Part shown: in pieces, positions 46,463 through 51,349 of the stretch
How positions within the stretch are numbered: the first letter of the stretch is position 1
Layout: each line of letters starts with the position of its first letter
NCBI GenBank assembly: GCA_050173015.1
Contig: JBFXLE010000001.1
Location: 343,087-394,435, forward strand
From: Calditrichaceae bacterium
Lineage (GTDB): Bacteria > Calditrichota > Calditrichia > Calditrichales > JBFXGD01
Length of the DNA stretch: 51,349 nucleotides
Direction: 5' to 3'
The notes under the pieces: generated by a model
Databases searched by the model: none
Told to the model about the DNA's origin: nothing
What the model saw: the letters and a program-made list of their open reading frames with translations, nothing else
Translations under genes and position numbers: made by a program

Positions 46463-46636
46463 ATGACTAAACGCGAAATTGAAAAAATTTTGAAAAATGC
46501 CGGTTTTAAAAACGAACCGGTGGAAAACATGATATTTGGATAATAAACGGAAGTCCTCCAATACCGGTTCCAGGCACAAAGGTGACATCCAATAGGGACA
46601 GCCAAAAAAATCATGAAAGCAGCAGGATTGGAGTAA
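46463..46636 (+). pseudogene. hicA: HicA toxin, triple-frameshifted
   Basis: Adding one base at each of about 46508-46512 (A5), 46570-46571 and 46589-46590 gives MTKREIEKILKNAGFKKRTGGKHDIWIINGSPPIPVPRHKGDIPIGTAKKIMKAAGLE*, a canonical 58-aa HicA. It ends 4 nt before hicB. Confidence 0.85.
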
Positions 46637-46640
46637 TAAA

Positions 46641-47051
46641 ATGAAATACTATTATGGAATTTTTAAACAAAACAATAAAATTGTGGAAGTTGAATTTCCG
46701 GATTTAATCAGTTGTGTTACATTTGGTGATGACTGGGATGATGCATTGGAAAACGCAACTGATGTATTGGCCGCATGGTTGGCAAATGCAGATGAGCAAT
46801 TTATTAAAACTCCAAGTTCATATATGGAATTAAAGAGAAAATACAAAAATGCTAATCTGGTTCCTATTGCCCTGGACGAAAAGATCTTTGAATCATACGA
46901 AGATTTAAAACGATTTAATGTAATATTTCCTTCACGACTGCTGAAAAAGGTTGATCATCTCAGAAAGGAAACAGGACTGAAGAGATCAACATTATTAAAA
47001 ATTGCCACGGAAGAGTACCTGGAAAAACATAAGTCGTCATCCACTGACTGA
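46641..47051 (+). CDS. hicB: HicB antitoxin with C-terminal ribbon-helix-helix domain
   Basis: HicB motif VEFPDL.SCVTFGD...DALENA.DVL. RHH motif KRFNVIFP..LL..VD....TGLKRS.LL..A..EYL. Confidence 0.9.
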   Translation: MKYYYGIFKQNNKIVEVEFPDLISCVTFGDDWDDALENATDVLAAWLANADEQFIKTPSSYMELKRKYKNANLVPIALDEKIFESYEDLKRFNVIFPSRLLKKVDHLRKETGLKRSTLLKIATEEYLEKHKSSSTD

Positions 47052-47114
47052 TCCGTCAGGTATTTCACAAAGTAATTAACCTGTAAGAACCTGAGAATTA
47101 AATAAATTTAAGAT

Positions 47115-48038
47115 TCATCCTTTTTTATGAAAAACAGCATATTCATGCATGATTTCGGCAATCAGGTCATCCTTTTCCTGCCAAATTGTATTGACCCATT
47201 GTCGTATTTTTTCCCTAAAACCGGTGTCTTCCTCATAATTCTTTCCCGCCACATCTTCAGGAATGGGCAGACTTCTGATGCGTACGATGATACGGGGAAT
47301 ATTTCCTGACAACAAATCCCAAAAATGCACGGGAGGCTGATTTTCGGGATAAACGATTGTAACGTCCAAAACATTTGATAAATAATCACCCATACTGGAA
47401 AGAACTAAGGAAACTCCGCCTGCTTTCGGCAACAGAAGATGACGGTATGGAGAGTTTTGATTTTTATGTTTTTGATAATTAAACCGCGTACCCTCTAAAA
47501 AATTCATGACGGAGACCGGAATGTTTTTGAATTTTTCACAGCTTTTTCGGGTTGCTTCCATATCTTTTCCCCGTAGTTCGGGGTGTTTTTCCAGAAACTG
47601 GCGGGAATATCGTTTTAAAAATGGAAAATCCAGTGCCCACCAGGCCATTCCCAGAATGGGAACCCAGATCAGCTCTTTCTTTAAAAAAAACTTTAGAAAG
47701 GGGATACGATGCTTAAAAATATGTTGAAGCACAAAGATATCTGTCCACGAAATATGGTTGCTGATCACTAAAAAGGATTTTCTGTCATTGAAATTTTCAA
47801 TCCCCTGAACATCCCAGTCGATTTTATGAACAATCTTAAAAATGAAACTATTGCAATCGATCCAGAACATTGCGATGATGGTCAGCAGCTGCGACAATTG
47901 GTTTCTAATGCCCGGATGGGGTATGATTAATTTTATGAAGACAACCGGGAATAAAATGGCGCACCACAAAAGTGTGTTGAAAACGAATAAAGACAGAGAA
48001 ATTATCCCAATAATTATCGAAGGTAAAAAACTTAACAT
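47115..48038 (-). CDS. yihG: Acyltransferase, YihG/PlsC-like
   Basis: Motifs NHISWTDI, KFFLKKELIWVP.LG.AWWALDFPF.KRYSR, NFLEGTRF and LL.PKAGG. Confidence 0.85.
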   Translation of the reverse strand: MLSFLPSIIIGIISLSLFVFNTLLWCAILFPVVFIKLIIPHPGIRNQLSQLLTIIAMFWIDCNSFIFKIVHKIDWDVQGIENFNDRKSFLVISNHISWTDIFVLQHIFKHRIPFLKFFLKKELIWVPILGMAWWALDFPFLKRYSRQFLEKHPELRGKDMEATRKSCEKFKNIPVSVMNFLEGTRFNYQKHKNQNSPYRHLLLPKAGGVSLVLSSMGDYLSNVLDVTIVYPENQPPVHFWDLLSGNIPRIIVRIRSLPIPEDVAGKNYEEDTGFREKIRQWVNTIWQEKDDLIAEIMHEYAVFHKKG

Positions 48039-48265
48039 GGTAACTTTTTCCTGTAGAATGAAGCTGAACGTCAGCGATACACCGCCAAAAATTATTATTG
48101 ATTTTCATTAATTGCAAACGCATCTCTTGTCATGATGGATTGCTTTGTCGCGAATATTCTTAATCTCTTAAACAGGGATTAGTGTAATTGATTAAAAAAA
48201 CTAAACACAGGCGATAAATAATTCCCAAATTTCCGCTTACGTCTGAAACAAATCCCAGATGGATA

Positions 48266-48724
48266 TCAGCCGCGGTATTTAATCTGCATACCTTTTAAAA
48301 AATTACGCAAAATCTGATCCTTACACGCTCTGTAGTGCTTATTATCCGGCTTCCGGAAAAACGCGCTTAGTTCATGTTTACTGATTCTCATATCGGCCAG
48401 GGCCAGAATATCCAATACGTCTTCAGCTTTTAGATTTAACGCGATTTTCAATTTTTTAAAAACGATATTATTGTCTATTTTTTTCTCCGGCTCAGGTTGC
48501 GGGCCTTCCTTTTTGCCGCGCTTATCGTTGATCAATCCATTTAGGAAAATCGCCAGCTGGGTATTGCTGCATTTCTGAAACGCGGGATCCTCATCTTTTT
48601 TTAACCAATCGCTTATCTGTTCCCGGGTTACCGGATAGTCCGCGAGTCCAAATAGCGCAATCATTTTTGAATCGCTAAAATCAAAGGCATAGCGTATGCG
48701 ACGTAAAATATCGTTATTAGTCAA
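48266..48724 (-). CDS. DUF1456 family protein (YehS-like)
   Basis: Motifs MTNNDILRRIRY, FLNGLI..KRG, NN...KKLKIALNL and ELSAFFRK..NKHYR.C.DQ.LRNFL.G. TTG start with GGAG RBS. Confidence 0.9.
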   Translation of the reverse strand: MTNNDILRRIRYAFDFSDSKMIALFGLADYPVTREQISDWLKKDEDPAFQKCSNTQLAIFLNGLINDKRGKKEGPQPEPEKKIDNNIVFKKLKIALNLKAEDVLDILALADMRISKHELSAFFRKPDNKHYRACKDQILRNFLKGMQIKYRG

Positions 48725-49205
48725 AATTATGCTCCGATCTAAACTTTAGTTAAGTCATAATAAGTATTGAATTGATATGTTGGAAACTTGCGCAATTTTT
48801 TAAGTAAATTCAAGTTGATTTGCCATCATTATACCATGATGGATGCAGTTCAGAAGAATCAGGCTTCAAAAAGTAAGATTTCTCCACATACACTTTTCAA
48901 TAATAGCCGATGCCGAAAAATGAACCGGTCGATCTGAATTGAAAATATTGAGAATAGAGGGTACGATGATTAAAAACAAGAATTGGCGGGATGCGGAGAT
49001 AAGCATTGAGCGCGGACTTGTGAGCATGATTAGACCGTAGTCGAGCTATGTACTTTCCGATCAAAAAAGCTCTTGTTCTCTGAAGAACACTGCACTGGTC
49101 ATCGGTCCCGGAAGAAAACCGGAGTTTTTCATTCCGGTTTTCAAATTTCGTTTAAAGTTCTGTTGCTTTTTTCGTACCCCGCCTATGACTTACTTCAACA
49201 AAAAA

Positions 49206-50141
49206 CTATTGAATTGTCAACACCATTAAATCGGATGTGCCGACATTTCCGGCGGCATCATAAGCTTTTACGTATAATGTATGCTGCTGTGAATCAGCCA
49301 GAGACGCGGTATTCCATGCGAATCCATACGGGGGCTGTGTGTCCGTAAACGCCGACTGCAGTATTCCGTCCACATAGAATTCTACTCTGGTGACGCCAAA
49401 ATTATCATTGGCATCGACCGCCACATTGACTGTTCCGGTAATGGTAGCCCCGGAAACGGGATATAGAATTCTTACAACCGGAGGGAGCAGGTCTCTGCTG
49501 GGATAAACCGTAACGGTTACACCATCTGAGTACGCGGAATTATTTCCGCCATCAAAGGCTTTTGCGTAAATCGTATGATCGGTGGAGTCCGCGTAAGGTT
49601 CCGTATTCCATGTGTAATTATACGGATAGGCTGAATTTTCACCGACCGAATCGCCGTCAATAAAAAAGGCGACTTTTTGAATTGACCGTTCATCATCGGC
49701 GATGGCAGATATCCTGACAATACCTTCGACGATCTGACCATCCTGCGGATTCACGATAGTGACTGTCGGGTCAACGATATCCGGCGAATCGGAAATGACA
49801 AAAGTGACCAGAGGCGAATACCCGATATTTTCACTCTTATCCATGGCCGCGGCCTGTATTACATGAGCGAGATTGTCCTGATATGGCGCAATATTTAAGG
49901 GGATTTGATAAGGCCTTTTTGTAACTTCACCGATAAGATTTCCGTCGAGATAAATCCAAACCTTGTGCATTTCCACATCATCATACGCTTCAACTATGAC
50001 GTTTATATTATCAGAAATGACAGCTCCCTCATACGGATAAATCAGTAAGGGAACCGGTGGCTCGACGTCGTCCGCTTCAGGAAGGGTGCAACGGAGAATA
50101 AAACCAAAGATGAATACAAATAAAAGCACTTTCTTAAACAT
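49206..50141 (-). CDS. Lipoprotein with three tandem bacterial Ig-like (Big_7-type) domains
   Basis: Likely start MFKKVLLFVFIFGFILRC (lipobox-like) after GGGAG. Three ~98-aa repeats D..PP.V.I..P..G..I.G.V...A.D...V.KV.F.IDG....PY...WNT...A.D..GN. Confidence 0.82.
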   Translation of the reverse strand: MFKKVLLFVFIFGFILRCTLPEADDVEPPVPLLIYPYEGAVISDNINVIVEAYDDVEMHKVWIYLDGNLIGEVTKRPYQIPLNIAPYQDNLAHVIQAAAMDKSENIGYSPLVTFVISDSPDIVDPTVTIVNPQDGQIVEGIVRISAIADDERSIQKVAFFIDGDSVGENSAYPYNYTWNTEPYADSTDHTIYAKAFDGGNNSAYSDGVTVTVYPSRDLLPPVVRILYPVSGATITGTVNVAVDANDNFGVTRVEFYVDGILQSAFTDTQPPYGFAWNTASLADSQQHTLYVKAYDAAGNVGTSDLMVLTIQ

Positions 50142-51016
50142 TGATAGGTCTCCCGCTTGATCAGAGTGATCGTCAATAAAACCAGATTGAAAAATGTTAA
50201 ATACGATACAATTTATCCAAGTCACCGGTTAGCATTGTGATGCAGGTCATACCGGAACCATTTTCACCGGGAGATTAGTAATTATTAATGCCGAATGGGA
50301 GAAAATCGCATTTGGTGAAGTTTCTGCTGATCTGATTCCGCTTATTCGATTTCAGCTTCAGTAGAAAACTGGCTACGGCGAAATAGTCCTAAGAATTTTA
50401 TTTTTATTTCCTGTTTTAACAGTATTTGTAAAAAATGCCAAAATTGCTCCGATAAAACATTTTCTTATTCCTGTATGTTCTGTCTCAGATATTGTTAGAA
50501 TTTTAGTTAAAAATTTAGATTTAGAAAATTATTATCAGCCAGCCGGCTTCAAATTCTCTAAATGACATTCTTGGTTTGCCCCCTGTCCTCTTAAAGGTGA
50601 AAATAAGGTATTTAATATAAAAGGAAGCTGTAAAGATAGACATTTCAGAAACTCTAATACCTAGTAATGCAGAACATAGCGTACCATGTATTTCCGCTTC
50701 AGACGGCCCAATCGTTATGTATACATCAGCGAAAGAATGAATATCAAATTGACAGTAAGTTTTCATTCTGATAAAGATTTTACTATGTTGAATATTGTGA
50801 TTTTGAAAAAAAAATATTTAAGTATTGACATTTATCGTTTTTTTTTTTTCTTATAAATAAGCACGGCTTACTCTTTAGTCGTTATGTAGTTTTTGCCAGA
50901 CAGGAACTTACACGCTTTCTCATTACAGGTAAATGATTTTTAAGTCATACAATAATGCAGTAAAATCTTAAAACAAGATTTATTGGTATTCGAAATAGGA
51001 TTCGAGGCCATTATAT

Positions 51017-51253
51017 ATGGATGAATGGTATGATATAAGTGAATTGAATCGAGTGTTCTGTGACCTCAATTATGATAAATTGAAAATATCGGGTCATCAA
51101 GCAAAACTTTCAAAAATTACTATTGCAAGAGCCTATTGCAATATATTTAGATATTACAAAAACAAAAGACTATCTCGCAGTATCTTAAAAAAAAGCTTGT
51201 ATTTTATAAAAGAAATTGAAAATGTATTGGTTCAGTCAAAATTGGAATTTTAA
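51017..51253 (+). CDS. Possible small hypothetical protein
   Basis: 78-aa AT-rich ORF with GAGG 9 nt upstream. No recognisable motif. Confidence 0.3.
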   Translation: MDEWYDISELNRVFCDLNYDKLKISGHQAKLSKITIARAYCNIFRYYKNKRLSRSILKKSLYFIKEIENVLVQSKLEF

Positions 51254-51299
51254 AAAGATTTAGTGCTATGATTTAAACCTTGTTATAAGGAGTAATATC

Positions 51300-51349
51300 A
51301 TGGCAAGAAAATCAGTTAGACGCATCACCCCGGAACAGAAATTAAAGAT
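51300..51349 (+). CDS. 5' end of a gene resembling a transposase-type HTH (IS3 OrfA/HTH_Tnp_1-like), truncated by the window
   Basis: AAGGAG RBS, then MARKSVRRITPEQKLK, which resembles the 'RR(Y/F)(S/T)PEFK' start of IS OrfA proteins. Only 16 codons are visible. Confidence 0.4.
   Translation, partial: MARKSVRRITPEQKLK

Noticed and set aside
48725-49205. Short hairpins and small ORFs (including 49073-49348) between the DUF1456 and lipoprotein genes
   Set aside because: There is no coding signature or known RNA motif, and the ORF overlaps the lipoprotein gene antisense.
50521-50766. 81-aa minus-strand ORF in the AT-rich region
   Set aside because: It has no RBS or motif and is likely spurious.
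1-51349. CRISPR arrays, tRNA/rRNA genes, integrases and prophage genes
   Set aside because: None was recognised. The only long repeats are coding repeats within the giant protein and the lipoprotein.

Overview
A 51.3-kb bacterial chromosomal window with mostly + strand genes and moderate GC. Gene content suggests an FCB-group organism, probably Calditrichota-like; this is an inference from the T9SS-type CTD, the PorV family protein and the DUF4159/DUF4175 pair. The first 19 kb form a tightly packed putative operon. It encodes (1) a 5'-truncated giant (>4270 aa) Ig-repeat surface protein ending in a T9SS/FlgD-Ig-type sorting domain, (2) a PorV-like outer-membrane barrel fused to a C-terminal TPR array, (3) a 2-TM sensor fusing an RsbW-type kinase, HAMP, a SpoIIE/PP2C phosphatase and what looks like an IS481-transposase-type DNA-binding region, (4) a STAS anti-anti-sigma protein carrying a second copy of part of that HTH region, and (5) DUF456. 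This is my best candidate for an undescribed trans-envelope, partner-switching signalling system. The rest is largely housekeeping or envelope genes: DUF4159, DUF4175, patatin-POTRA-Omp85, mutY, PIN-PhoH, trhP, creatininase, squalene synthase, RsmF-like methylase, a K+ channel/cNMP/HEAT-Cys cluster, valS, DUF4139, a PEGA protein and rarA. The end holds a small accessory region: frameshifted hicA with intact hicB and a promoter/operator, yihG-like, DUF1456, an Ig lipoprotein and the start of a transposase-like ORF. Two pseudogenes absent from the ORF track were reconstructed by hand (a CDGSH Fe-S gene and hicA). No rRNA, tRNA or CRISPR array was seen. All family calls come from motif recognition by eye, with no database searches.
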